64,000 nucleotides of DNA from Candidatus Heimdallarchaeota archaeon (GCA_019057815.1 JAHLWR010000017.1:12019-76018); one strand, 5' to 3'. Positions 15,280 to 25,129 are shown, counted from the stretch's first letter. The notes: generated by a model not told the origin, from the sequence alone. Program-made: numbers and translations.

Positions 15280-17403
15280 ATGGCTGAACTACATGGCATC
15301 GTTAAAGGAATGGATTGTGCTTCTTGTCAGACTAAAATAGTTAAAAACTTAGAAAAAACTCTAGGTGTGAAATCTGTCAAACTCAGCCTTGTATCAACAA
15401 AAATCAAAATCGAATATGATGAAACAAAACTTGATGACAAAGTGCTAAAGAAGAATATCAAAAAGATGGGGTATGAATATAAGGCTGATTATCAAAGAAG
15501 TGGTTTTTTTAATTTAAAGGAAAACAAGAAAATTATCTATGCCTTAATAGGAACTCTTTTTCTAACATTAACTTTATTCAGCAAGTTTACATCTTTTCCT
15601 GAATATTCTATCAAATTGATTCCCAATTTTCCCATACCTATTTTTCCACTTATTACCATTTTAATTGGAGGGGTTCCTGTCTTTGTACATGCTTTTGCGT
15701 CTATTAGAGCATTAACAATAGACATAGATCTTCTAATGGTAATTGCGATTTTTGGTGCAGCATTAATTGGAGAATGGGAAGAAGCTGCGGAGATTGTTAT
15801 TTTATTTTCGGTAGCTGAACTAATTGAAGCTTATACCTTGGATAAAGCTCGGAATTCAATTAGAGAACTAATGGACTTAACTCCTCCAACAGCTATAAAG
15901 TTAATCAAAGGAAAAAAACACTCTGTGGTTCCTGTTGAAGATCTGATTGTAGGTGATAGAATCAGCGTAAAACCTGGGGGAAAAATACCAGTTGATGGTA
16001 AAATTGAGTGGGGATCATCAAATATAGATCAAAGTACAATAACTGGTGAATCCAAACCTTCAGAAAAACGTGTGGGGGATAAAGTATTTGCAGGGACAAT
16101 AAATCTAGAAGGCTATCTCATTATCAGAGCAACAAGTATGTATAATGAGACTACATTATCAAGAATAATAAAATTAGTAGAGGACGCAGAGAGTAAGAAA
16201 GCGAAAGCTGAACAATTTGTACAAGTTTTTGCAAAGTATTATACTCCTATAATGGTTCTAGTTGCAATCTTAATCACTTTCATTCCTGTTGTCATTTTTA
16301 GTCAAGATTTCAATGTGTGGATTTATCGAAGTTTAGTCACTTTAGTAGTAGCATGCCCTTGTGCTCTTGTTCTATCTACACCAATAACAGTCGTAACTGC
16401 AATAACTAGAGCCTCAAAAAGAGGTGCCTTAATTAAAGGAGGTCAGTATCTTGAAGCTCTTTCAAAAATATCGGTATTAGCTATTGATAAAACGGGTACA
16501 CTTACACTTGGAAAGTTGAAAGTCTATAAAGTTGAAGCATTAAATAAATTTCCAGAGGAAGAACTGTTAATAATATCAAAAAACCTTGAAAAACATTCAG
16601 AACATCTGATAGCAAAAGCAATAGTGAACTATTGTGATGAGATGAATGTTAGAGATTTAGCTTTTGATGAAGTGCAAATTTTTGCGGGAAAGGGTATTAA
16701 AGGTGTTATAGGCGATGATCAATACTACATCGGTAATTCTACCCTAGCTTTGGAAGCTATACGAGACAATATACATCTAGATTGCGATGAAACTGAAAGC
16801 GTTGTAAGTTATGTGATAAAAAATAAAAGAGTCGTAGGACATTTTCATCTGTCCGATGAATTGAGAAAGGAATCAAAAAGTGTTATTAATTACATAAAGA
16901 AAGCTGGAATTGATAACATCTATATGTTGACTGGGGATAATGCTGAAATAGCTTCAACAATAGCTAGAGATTTAAAAATCGATTATCACGCTGAACTTCT
17001 ACCTGAAAACAAGATTGAAATTGTAGAAAAATTAAGATCTGAACATGGTTCTATAGCTTTTATAGGAGATGGAATCAATGATGCTCCTGCATTAGCTACA
17101 GCCGATGTTTCAATTGCCATGGCGCATTCTGATACAGCTGTTGCAATCGAGACTGCTGATATAGTGTTAGCCTCAAATGATTTAGGTGTTTTACCATATC
17201 TTTTTGTTCTTAGTACACAAACTCGGAATACGATTAAAATTAATATAGCAGTTTCACTGATAATAAAACTTGTTTTCTTTGTTTTAGTTTTCTTTGATAT
17301 CACTCAACTTTGGATGGCTGTCTTATTTGGTGATATGGGCGCTTCTTTGTTAGTAATTCTAAATGCAATGAGAGTAGGGAGACAAAAAATATTTTTAAGT
17401 TAA
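15280..17403 (+). CDS. zntA: Heavy-metal P1B-type ATPase (Zn/Cd/Pb, P1B-2-like)
   Basis: N-terminal GMDCASC HMA domain, TGES, CPC, DKTGT and GDGINDAPAL; Lys in TM7 and Asp (GDMG) in TM8. ATG at 15280 preferred as start. Confidence 0.92.
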   Translation: MAELHGIVKGMDCASCQTKIVKNLEKTLGVKSVKLSLVSTKIKIEYDETKLDDKVLKKNIKKMGYEYKADYQRSGFFNLKENKKIIYALIGTLFLTLTLFSKFTSFPEYSIKLIPNFPIPIFPLITILIGGVPVFVHAFASIRALTIDIDLLMVIAIFGAALIGEWEEAAEIVILFSVAELIEAYTLDKARNSIRELMDLTPPTAIKLIKGKKHSVVPVEDLIVGDRISVKPGGKIPVDGKIEWGSSNIDQSTITGESKPSEKRVGDKVFAGTINLEGYLIIRATSMYNETTLSRIIKLVEDAESKKAKAEQFVQVFAKYYTPIMVLVAILITFIPVVIFSQDFNVWIYRSLVTLVVACPCALVLSTPITVVTAITRASKRGALIKGGQYLEALSKISVLAIDKTGTLTLGKLKVYKVEALNKFPEEELLIISKNLEKHSEHLIAKAIVNYCDEMNVRDLAFDEVQIFAGKGIKGVIGDDQYYIGNSTLALEAIRDNIHLDCDETESVVSYVIKNKRVVGHFHLSDELRKESKSVINYIKKAGIDNIYMLTGDNAEIASTIARDLKIDYHAELLPENKIEIVEKLRSEHGSIAFIGDGINDAPALATADVSIAMAHSDTAVAIETADIVLASNDLGVLPYLFVLSTQTRNTIKINIAVSLIIKLVFFVLVFFDITQLWMAVLFGDMGASLLVILNAMRVGRQKIFLS

Positions 17404-17451
17404 AAGATTAAATTAATAAATTCCTCAAAATATAGAAGAATGTGAAGTGAA

Positions 17452-19311
17452 ATGAGCAAGACAGATAAATCTGTTTCAAAAATAATGCTATATATATTCA
17501 TCTTAGTGTTAGTAATTTCATCAATCTTTGCAGTAACGATGTTTGGACCCCGTCCTGACACAGAAAGAAGCTTGTTTACATTAACCTTGAGACATTATAC
17601 TAGAGGCTATGAACCACTATATTACAGTGATTATGCCTTGACAATAGTTCAAGATCTTAGAGAGATAGGGATTGATGCAGAAGAAATAGCAATGGACTAT
17701 GCAACATATCTAGAAACTGTTGTAAATGACAGAAACTTCGATTTAGCGATTTTAGAGGTAGAAGGTGAAACAGCTCCACATTTAGAACAATTATTTGGAG
17801 AAAAAGCGTCACTCAACTTGTTTAATTTTGTAAACAAACTTGACGATGGTTTACTTTCAAACCTTACAAAAGAAATATCCATGGAACTAAATTATAATAC
17901 TCGAATTTCTCTTTACCATGACTTACAAGCTCATATAATGAGTAATATTGTCCCCATGGTACCTTTGTTTACTCCAGTAAGATCCTACGCTTTCTGGGAT
18001 AATCTAATGGGTTTCTCAGCGGAGCTTGGACTATCCAACAGCCTGCCTTATATGTCTTTTTCAGGAATTCATGAAGGACAAGAATCTACTGATAATCTGA
18101 AAATTGGTGTTAGTAGATGGTTTACATTAAACCCAATAAGGAGCACATTGAATACTGAAAAACTGTTCCTTTCTTTAATTATGGATAAATTGATTGCAGT
18201 TGATGCTGAAAGCAAAATTTCAAATAATGGATTAATAAATTATTGGGAATATTTGAATGATACAACATTACTCTTACGTTTAAGGCAAAATGTTATCTGG
18301 CAAAACGATGTTGATGAAATATTTACAGATGTACCATTTACATCAAATGATACTGCTTTCACATTAGAATTGTTGAGAGATGTTGCATCCAACCTTAATT
18401 ACGGTATGTACAGCTGGATTAAAGGATATGAAGTTCTTAATTCTACTGATATAAAAATCTACATAGATGGAAACGCTACCACAACTCAAAATGAACCATA
18501 CGCATTTGCTCTAGAAGATTTATCTGTTTATCCCTTACCTGACCATTATTTAAATGTCAGCTCATCGGTAGCAGACGTAGTTCTATCCAGTGAATGGAGC
18601 AAATACAGTAGTAATCCGATTGGTACAGGTAAATATCAAGTAAACTTTGAAGAAGCAGTATCAGAATATTATCTTGAACTTGATAAATTTATAAACTGGC
18701 ACGAAACCGGTGTTTTACCAAGTACTCCTGTGAATTTACAATTCGATAAAATAATGGCAAATACTTATACTGACACCTACTCTTTAGGTCTTGATTTGGA
18801 AGCTGGAATAGTAATTGACTTTGGAGATTTTGGAAGAGATCCATCTTCTATTAAGAATACAATCTCAAGTGATAATATCTTAACTGATTATGCAAAAGAG
18901 AATTCAATTATCTTCCTCGCTTTTAATTTAAACAACCCTAATTTTGGTGGGGAGTTAAATTATGAACCAAGCACTGATGAAGGAATGTCAAAAGCTCTTG
19001 CGATGAGAAAGGCAATTGCTAGTATTATTGATAAAGTAAAAATGAATGGAATTCTTCATAATTCAATTTACAATACTACTGATTCTCCAGTATCTATGTA
19101 TCACACAGATTACTATTATAGTGGAGTTCAAAAGTATCCATATAATATTCAATCCGCTGTGAATTACATAAATCTTGCTGGTCACAACGTTTCTTTACCT
19201 CAGACTACAAATACAACAGAGTCTCCTCTTACTTTTGCATGTTCTGTTATAGCCATTAGTTTTAGCTCTGCAGGAATTACGATAATTATGCGGAAAAAGC
19301 GTAAATATTGA
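17452..19311 (+). CDS. Family 5 (peptide/nickel) ABC solute-binding protein, circularly permuted, membrane anchored
   Basis: LNP, LRQNVIW, FTSND..FT, PIGTGKY, LAFN, MRKAIA..ID and DLREIGI..FDLAIL motifs; N-terminal signal; C-terminal TM plus RKKRK. Confidence 0.85.
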   Translation: MSKTDKSVSKIMLYIFILVLVISSIFAVTMFGPRPDTERSLFTLTLRHYTRGYEPLYYSDYALTIVQDLREIGIDAEEIAMDYATYLETVVNDRNFDLAILEVEGETAPHLEQLFGEKASLNLFNFVNKLDDGLLSNLTKEISMELNYNTRISLYHDLQAHIMSNIVPMVPLFTPVRSYAFWDNLMGFSAELGLSNSLPYMSFSGIHEGQESTDNLKIGVSRWFTLNPIRSTLNTEKLFLSLIMDKLIAVDAESKISNNGLINYWEYLNDTTLLLRLRQNVIWQNDVDEIFTDVPFTSNDTAFTLELLRDVASNLNYGMYSWIKGYEVLNSTDIKIYIDGNATTTQNEPYAFALEDLSVYPLPDHYLNVSSSVADVVLSSEWSKYSSNPIGTGKYQVNFEEAVSEYYLELDKFINWHETGVLPSTPVNLQFDKIMANTYTDTYSLGLDLEAGIVIDFGDFGRDPSSIKNTISSDNILTDYAKENSIIFLAFNLNNPNFGGELNYEPSTDEGMSKALAMRKAIASIIDKVKMNGILHNSIYNTTDSPVSMYHTDYYYSGVQKYPYNIQSAVNYINLAGHNVSLPQTTNTTESPLTFACSVIAISFSSAGITIIMRKKRKY

Positions 19312-19488
19312 GGTTAACTCGACGAATAAAATCGTAGAATTAAGGTATTTTTAATGATTCAAAGTAGAATAGAAGAAAGTACAAAAATTGTAAGAGAAGA
19401 ATCTTTTGAAAAACAAAGGAGAGTCATACGTAAAAGAGCCTTAAAATGAAAATGCATCGAAAATAATGGCTAATATAGGTTAGTAGTA

Positions 19489-19504
19489 GAAAAAAGTTTA
19501 AATA
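19489..19504 (+). promoter_or_regulatory. Putative BRE+TATA for the intergenic RNA
   Basis: GAAAAAAG followed by TTTAAATA, about 25 nt before 19528; no protein gene follows on this strand until 19972. Confidence 0.5.
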
Positions 19505-19527
19505 GTTATCACGTGTAAGCTTTATTT

Positions 19528-19848
19528 GGTGGATAAAGGGATTCAAGAAATATTGAAGCAAGGAAATGTAAACTGAACAGAAGGCTGTGCGAAAGCAATC
19601 CGATACTCACTCTCCTTCCATGGAGCGTGAAGGAACTTGGTTGACATTTTAAATGGTTTGAACCCCTTTTAGGCTTTTGGATAGACCTCCTAAAAGCCGT
19701 AATCCCCAGAACCAAACGAAAGTTTGGAACAGATTTCTAGTTCTAAACCAGAAATCTGTCAGAACCCCCAACCAAAAACTAGGTCAAGAGTGTCGTGTAA
19801 GAAAATCCCCTCTGTTCAGGCATTAATTCCTTGCAAAAAGCACTTTTT
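19528..19848 (+). ncRNA. Candidate structured non-coding RNA of unknown family
   Basis: GC-enriched intergenic segment with many nested helices, two GAAA tetraloops, an upstream TATA and a downstream T-run. Confidence 0.6.
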
Positions 19849-19971
19849 GTGGTTTCATTATCTGTAATTAATTTTTCCGATATTTCCTTCAAATATATTA
19901 ACAAACTTGGAACTATAAGTTTTTAAAGCGGTTTACAACACAAAAAGTAGATATTAACTTAAGGTGATTGC

Positions 19972-20157
19972 ATGGGTCACGGATCGCTTCAAAAGTCAGG
20001 AAAAGTTAGAAAACAAACCCCTAAAGTAACTGCCAAAGAGAGGCATAGTGCCATTCCTAGAAGAAGTCTTCGTAATAAATATGTTAGAAGAGTTCAATTG
20101 GGCAAATATGCTGGTCAACCTTCAAGTATGGGTTCTAAACGCGTTAGAAGCAGATAA
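19972..20157 (+). CDS. rps30e: 30S ribosomal protein eS30
   Basis: HGSLQKSGKVRKQTPKV...PRR..RNKY signature. Confidence 0.96.
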   Translation: MGHGSLQKSGKVRKQTPKVTAKERHSAIPRRSLRNKYVRRVQLGKYAGQPSSMGSKRVRSR

Positions 20158-20188
20158 TATTTTACCTATTCATTTTTCTGGTCATTAT

Positions 20189-21781
20189 ATGAATGACAGA
20201 GGTCAAGCTCTAATAGAGATTAAAAAACAGCTTATTGTACAAGGAATACAGTCATCAGAAGAGCTTGATAAAATCAAAAGGAAGATATCAAGAAAATATC
20301 ATCTCAAAATCTATCCAAAGAACAGTGAGATTCTTTTCATCTGCAATGATAAGGAAAAAGAACAACTTCTACCTATTCTAATGATAAGAAAAGTAAGAAC
20401 ACTTTCTGGAGTGGCTGTTGTTGCAGCAATGACTCGTCCATGGGAATGCCCTCATGGTAAATGCATTATGTGTCCAGGGGGACCTGAAGAAGGCAAACCT
20501 CAGAGCTACACCGGTTATGAACCTACAGCAATGAGAGGAATAAGAAATAATTATGATCCTTATCTTCAAGTGCAAGATAGAGTTAAGCAACTGGAAGCTA
20601 TAGGACATTCAACGGAAAAAGTTGATGTTATAGTAATGGGAGGAACCTTTACTCATCAACCATCAGATTACCAAGAGTGGTTTATTAAGAGACTATTTGA
20701 TGGTCTTAATGAAGACGATGCAAGTTCTATACTTGAAGCTCATAAGAAAAATGAGACTACAACGCATCGTTGTGTGGGGTTAACTGTGGAAACTCGCCCT
20801 GATCAGATTAATACTGAAACTATAGATAGTCTCTTGAACTACGGAGTTACTAGGTTAGAGATAGGCGTTCAAACTGTTTTTGATGATGTTTTTGAGAAAA
20901 TGAACAGGGGCCATGGTTCAAAAGAAGTGATAAACGCTTTCCAATTAATCAAGGATTCAGGTCTCAAAATAACAGCACATATGATGCCAGGTTTACCTGG
21001 ATCGAATTTAAAAAGAGATTTAGAAGCATTTTATACTCTGTTTAATGATGAAAAATATAAACCAGATGAGATTAAAATTTATCCTACAATGGTTATACTT
21101 GGCACAAAACTATATGAAGATTACAAAAATGGGAGATATGAGCCTTTAACAAATGAGAATACTGCTTCATTAATATCAGAAATTAAAAAACTTGTACCTC
21201 CTTATGTTAGAATAAAACGTGTACTGAGAGATATTCCAGCTCACCAAATCGCAGCTGGTCCAAATAAAAGTGATTTAAGACTTGATGCACAGCGAATTTT
21301 GCATCAAGAAGGGAAAAAATGTCGTTGTATACGTTGTAGAGAAATAGGGCATTATTTATACAAAGAAAAGGGTGATTTTGATGCTTCTAGTATAGCTTAT
21401 GTCCACAGAAGTTATGCTGCAAGTGGTGGTAGGGAACATTTCTTATCATTTGAAGAAGTTAAAAATGATGTTTTGATTGGTTTCTTAAGGTTAAGAGAAC
21501 TGAGTCAAGATTTATTTAGACTTGAGTTTCAGCATGTTTCAACAATTCTAGTTAGAGAACTCCATATATATGGTGAATCACTTGCTATAAAATCGAAAGT
21601 AAAAGCAGACATTCAGTGGCAACATCGTGGATATGGTCGAGAGCTCCTTATAAAAGCAGAGGAAGTTGGGAAAGAAAAAGGATACTCCAAGATAGCCGTT
21701 ATATCAGGAATAGGTGCAAGAGAGTATTATCGGAAATTTGGTTATTCACTAGATGGATCTTATATGTCGAAGAAACTCTGA
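20189..21781 (+). CDS. elp3: tRNA U34 acetyltransferase Elp3 (radical SAM + KAT)
   Basis: RTLSGVAVVA, CPHGKCIMCPGG, QSYTGYEP, ETRPD, CRCIRCRE, RELHIYG, QHRGYG, ISGIGAREYY. Start set at ATG 20189 to avoid overlap with eS30. Confidence 0.97.
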   Translation: MNDRGQALIEIKKQLIVQGIQSSEELDKIKRKISRKYHLKIYPKNSEILFICNDKEKEQLLPILMIRKVRTLSGVAVVAAMTRPWECPHGKCIMCPGGPEEGKPQSYTGYEPTAMRGIRNNYDPYLQVQDRVKQLEAIGHSTEKVDVIVMGGTFTHQPSDYQEWFIKRLFDGLNEDDASSILEAHKKNETTTHRCVGLTVETRPDQINTETIDSLLNYGVTRLEIGVQTVFDDVFEKMNRGHGSKEVINAFQLIKDSGLKITAHMMPGLPGSNLKRDLEAFYTLFNDEKYKPDEIKIYPTMVILGTKLYEDYKNGRYEPLTNENTASLISEIKKLVPPYVRIKRVLRDIPAHQIAAGPNKSDLRLDAQRILHQEGKKCRCIRCREIGHYLYKEKGDFDASSIAYVHRSYAASGGREHFLSFEEVKNDVLIGFLRLRELSQDLFRLEFQHVSTILVRELHIYGESLAIKSKVKADIQWQHRGYGRELLIKAEEVGKEKGYSKIAVISGIGAREYYRKFGYSLDGSYMSKKL

Positions 21782-22053
21782 AAGGATAAACATGGTAAAG
21801 ATTTAAGCGTTCTATTATCTTTGTTTGTTGTTTAAATCTTATATGTTTGTAGATAATGCTTCTATTAATGGACAAATATCATTCTATTGGTATTTTTATT
21901 TCAAATTTACTACCATTTTTCCAAAAATTCAAAAGTAGGTTGCCTGCGATTTGTGATTCAATAAAAAACTAAGGTTCTAGAATGTGACTGTACCTTAGAA
22001 TTTATATTTGTTCAAATCATAAATTAATTAAGCGATTACATCAAGGTGACACT

Positions 22054-23052
22054 GTGTCCAAAAAGACGAGTCAGGAACTCTTAAAACTTGTTAGCCTTAA
22101 ATTACGTCTTAACCATTTTCAAACAGTCAACCTTTCGTCTAGTAGTAAAGCTTGTTTTGATATTATAGCAAAGAAAGGAAATCGCACAATTATTCTGAAA
22201 ATAGAACCTTATGTTGATAATTTTAATAGAGAAAAATCGTATGAATTAAAGAGCATAGCGCAATTCCTAGAGGCTTCTCCTATTATTGTTGGAACAAGAG
22301 GTCGGCGATTCAAAAATATAGATGAAGGACTAGTCCTTCTACGATACGGTATACCCGTTGTGAGCCCCGAAACTCTTGAATCTTTAATAGCTGAAGGGAT
22401 ACCACCAATCGTATATTGTAGCAGAGGTGGATATTTCGTGAATATTGATCGAAAACTTTTACGCAGAGCAAGAATGGAGAAGAACTATAGTTATACTGAG
22501 CTTGCTCATTTGGTTGGAGTAGCTAGAAGTACTGTTTACGAATATGAACACAATATAAATCCCCCTCCTGAAATAGCTGCTAGGTTGGAAAACGTTCTAA
22601 AAACCTCGATAGCTGAAGGGATTCCCATATTTGAAATAGAAATACAAAACGAAGAAAAACCAGAATCTTATCTGTCAGGTAATCTATCACCGTTCAAAGA
22701 GGAAATAGCTTCTCTTTTAGAGAATTTGGGTGTAATTTCACAGTTTTGGACACATCAATCTCCTTTTGATGCATTCGGAGAACATCAAAGTGACCAAGTT
22801 AAGAGTGGTTTGAATGTTCTAGTATGTGTAGATGATTCTCATCATAGCAATGTGATAAAAAGAATTAATACAACTGTCAACATAGCATCGTTGGCAAAAA
22901 GAAGGGCTATAATGATAGTAGATGAAGAACAAGACAATCAGATTTCACAAAAAATGCCTACTTTCACGTTGGATGAACTACAACAAATGCAAAGGGCATT
23001 TGAACTTGTAAAAAAATGGGCAAAAAAGCAAAAAGAATTGAAGTTTACATGA
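22054..23052 (+). CDS. Archaeal Cro/C1-HTH transcriptional regulator (COG1395-like)
   Basis: FDIIAKK, RYGIPVVS.ETL, RGGYFVNID, HTH ELAHLVGVARSTVYEYE, SPFDA. Confidence 0.85.
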   Translation: MSKKTSQELLKLVSLKLRLNHFQTVNLSSSSKACFDIIAKKGNRTIILKIEPYVDNFNREKSYELKSIAQFLEASPIIVGTRGRRFKNIDEGLVLLRYGIPVVSPETLESLIAEGIPPIVYCSRGGYFVNIDRKLLRRARMEKNYSYTELAHLVGVARSTVYEYEHNINPPPEIAARLENVLKTSIAEGIPIFEIEIQNEEKPESYLSGNLSPFKEEIASLLENLGVISQFWTHQSPFDAFGEHQSDQVKSGLNVLVCVDDSHHSNVIKRINTTVNIASLAKRRAIMIVDEEQDNQISQKMPTFTLDELQQMQRAFELVKKWAKKQKELKFT

Positions 23053-23078
23053 GCTAGATTTGTTCTAGATTTTTGCCT

Positions 23079-23762
23079 CTACTTTTGTCCAACTATCATA
23101 ACATGATCTTTCTCAAAAGATTCAAGGTCAATTGTCTCTAAGATTGTTAATCCAAAAGATTTCAATTGTTCTTCAACTTCTTTGTAAATAAGCTTTGGTT
23201 CTTTTGTGACGTCAATACTCCTTGCCTTTACAGCTATGAAAAAGTATCCGTCTTTTTTGAGAAAAGCTTTGATGTTTGTATTCAGTATCTCTGCTTGAGT
23301 AGGTTGAGCCACATCTTCATAAAGGATATCAACCATAGGGACAGTAAAACTATAACCTTCTGGGAAGCGTGCATCAGCATGTATTGGAATAATGTTTTTT
23401 CTTCTTTCTGCTATATTTATCAAGTCACTAACTGATCTTGAAGAAAATTCTACTGCATAAATTACACCATCTTCACCAATCATATCTGAAACATGTGATA
23501 CTGTTGTTCCTGAAGCTGCTCCAAGATATAAAATTGAACATCCTTTGGAAAATGGGTATGTTTTCATGTTATTACGTATCGCAGCAGCAAGTTTACTTTT
23601 AAAGGGGTCAAAAGTTCTGTATTCTTTTTCATCAATTTTAATTAGGCGTTCAGTATAGACTTGATATCCTGGATCTGCATTTAAAGTAGCTAAACGAACA
23701 TTTCCATCTCTCAACGTGATCCAAAATAAATCGTTATGTTCATGGTTTTTTAATTCAAACAT
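23079..23762 (-). CDS. flpA: Fibrillarin (box C/D 2'-O-methyltransferase)
   Basis: SKLAAAI, LYLGAASGTTVSHVSD, YAVEFS, DVAQPTQA, KARSID. ATG at 23762; alternative TTG at 23771. Confidence 0.97.
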   Translation of the reverse strand: MFELKNHEHNDLFWITLRDGNVRLATLNADPGYQVYTERLIKIDEKEYRTFDPFKSKLAAAIRNNMKTYPFSKGCSILYLGAASGTTVSHVSDMIGEDGVIYAVEFSSRSVSDLINIAERRKNIIPIHADARFPEGYSFTVPMVDILYEDVAQPTQAEILNTNIKAFLKKDGYFFIAVKARSIDVTKEPKLIYKEVEEQLKSFGLTILETIDLESFEKDHVMIVGQK

Positions 23763-23767
23763 TCTTA

Positions 23768-25129
23768 TCAATTACTCCTCTGCTTTTTCTTTGGCGATTC
23801 CGTTCTCTTTTTATTATATCTTGGTTTTCCTTTAGTGTATCTTGGTTTTCCTTTGCTGTATCTTGGTTTTCCTTTATCGTGCCCAGATCTAGGTTTGCTG
23901 TATCCAGATCTTGGTCTGCGGTCACTAGATGGTTTAAAATCATATTTGATAGGTTCTTTCTTGCCTTCAGGAGGATTTTCATATTTTTTCTGAATTTCTT
24001 CGATTTTGCGTTCTAAATCCTTGCGTAGTTGATCTCCAACAAATTCACCATGAAATGCGTCTACACGAGCTGCTATAGTCAATCTCCCTGCAATAGCCCG
24101 AGCTATGTTTCCTCTCTGCCACCATGGACAACTGTGTAATTCAGGAATTTGATAAATGATTCCATGTTTAGGTGGTTTTGCACCTGATTTTAAAGATCGG
24201 AAAAGAGCTTTTTCCGCTCCGAGAAGCTGAACTGTACTTGCTGGTAACATTGCCATTTCTCTTAACCCTCCTGCAAGTGCAATCAAACGTGCAGATATTG
24301 ATGATCCTGCAACTGCTTGCAGATTGGGCGCTACTCGCATTAATTCTCTTTCAATCCACGCTTCTAATCTCTCCCTCTCCTCATACAAATCAAGATTTCT
24401 TGATGCGAATTGTCGAAGTGGAAGTAAATCTTCAAAAGAATAATCAGCTCCCATTGAACTTTTAGCTTTTTCTGCGATTTCAGCACTTTTTTGGGAACTA
24501 AAACCAAATTTCTGGAGTTTTTCTGCAGTAAAATCACTTCTCGAACCAATCTCTGTTATTATTTTACAGAGAGTAACATGATTCTCAATAATCTTCAGAA
24601 TTTCAGGAAAGTGAGTTCCATACCACTCTCGGATTCTTGAAACAAATAAGTTAGCAGTCTTGTCAATGTCATCCATCGATAATATCGCATGAACTACCAT
24701 TTTGTCTACACGTTGAGAACTGTGAGCAACTTTCTTTTTTGAAAGAATGATACCCACTTCTCGGACAAGTTCTACATACTCTCTTATATTAGAAATATAA
24801 TTATCTTCAATCAAAATACCAGTAAGATTTTCTTTAAATTGAGTATAAACCTCTGATTCTAAATTTAATTCGCATTTTTTTCCAACTGAACGTCCAAAAT
24901 GAAGAATATCGTTGCTATTAGTGATTATTTTTTCTATTTCAATTTCATTTAATAATCCTTGAAGCTCTTCAGAATTGTTGTACAAAGTTAAATTGTGTAT
25001 TTTTTGTGCTATTTCGTTAGCATTCTTCGGATAAAGTTTCTTAGCAATAAGATTATCATCAACATCATAAATGAAAAATCCAGTAATATCTGAAAATATC
25101 TTAACTGTCATAAGTCTCTCAGAACTCAT
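23768..25129 (-). CDS. nop5: Box C/D RNP protein Nop5 (Nop56/58)
   Basis: REWYG.HFPE, APNL, PASTVQLLGAEKALF, PPKHGIIYQ, RG.IAR, AARVD. Confidence 0.97.
   Translation of the reverse strand: MSSERLMTVKIFSDITGFFIYDVDDNLIAKKLYPKNANEIAQKIHNLTLYNNSEELQGLLNEIEIEKIITNSNDILHFGRSVGKKCELNLESEVYTQFKENLTGILIEDNYISNIREYVELVREVGIILSKKKVAHSSQRVDKMVVHAILSMDDIDKTANLFVSRIREWYGTHFPEILKIIENHVTLCKIITEIGSRSDFTAEKLQKFGFSSQKSAEIAEKAKSSMGADYSFEDLLPLRQFASRNLDLYEERERLEAWIERELMRVAPNLQAVAGSSISARLIALAGGLREMAMLPASTVQLLGAEKALFRSLKSGAKPPKHGIIYQIPELHSCPWWQRGNIARAIAGRLTIAARVDAFHGEFVGDQLRKDLERKIEEIQKKYENPPEGKKEPIKYDFKPSSDRRPRSGYSKPRSGHDKGKPRYSKGKPRYTKGKPRYNKKRTESPKKKQRSN
23817..23920 (-). repeat. 21-nt tandem repeats encoding (KGKPRY-x)n in the Nop5 C-tail
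   Basis: TATCTTGGTTTTCCTTT (+ strand) at 23817, 23838 and 23859, plus two related PRSG units. Confidence 0.9.

Noticed and set aside
19509-19715. 68-aa minus-strand ORF
   Set aside because: No motif and a non-ATG start; the structured RNA explains the region better.
19528-19848. Identification of the structured RNA as SRP RNA, RNase P RNA, cobalamin riboswitch or group II intron
   Set aside because: No SRP helix-8 consensus (only a loose CAGAA..GAAA..AACAG with too long a stem), no RNase P P4 pseudoknot in the right order, no B12 box, and no intron domain V.
20048-20188. N-terminal extension of Elp3
   Set aside because: It overlaps eS30 in another frame; ATG 20189 gives a normal-length Elp3.
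23755-23982. 75-aa ORF with KENQD repeats
   Set aside because: Alternative-frame reading of the Nop5 21-nt repeats.
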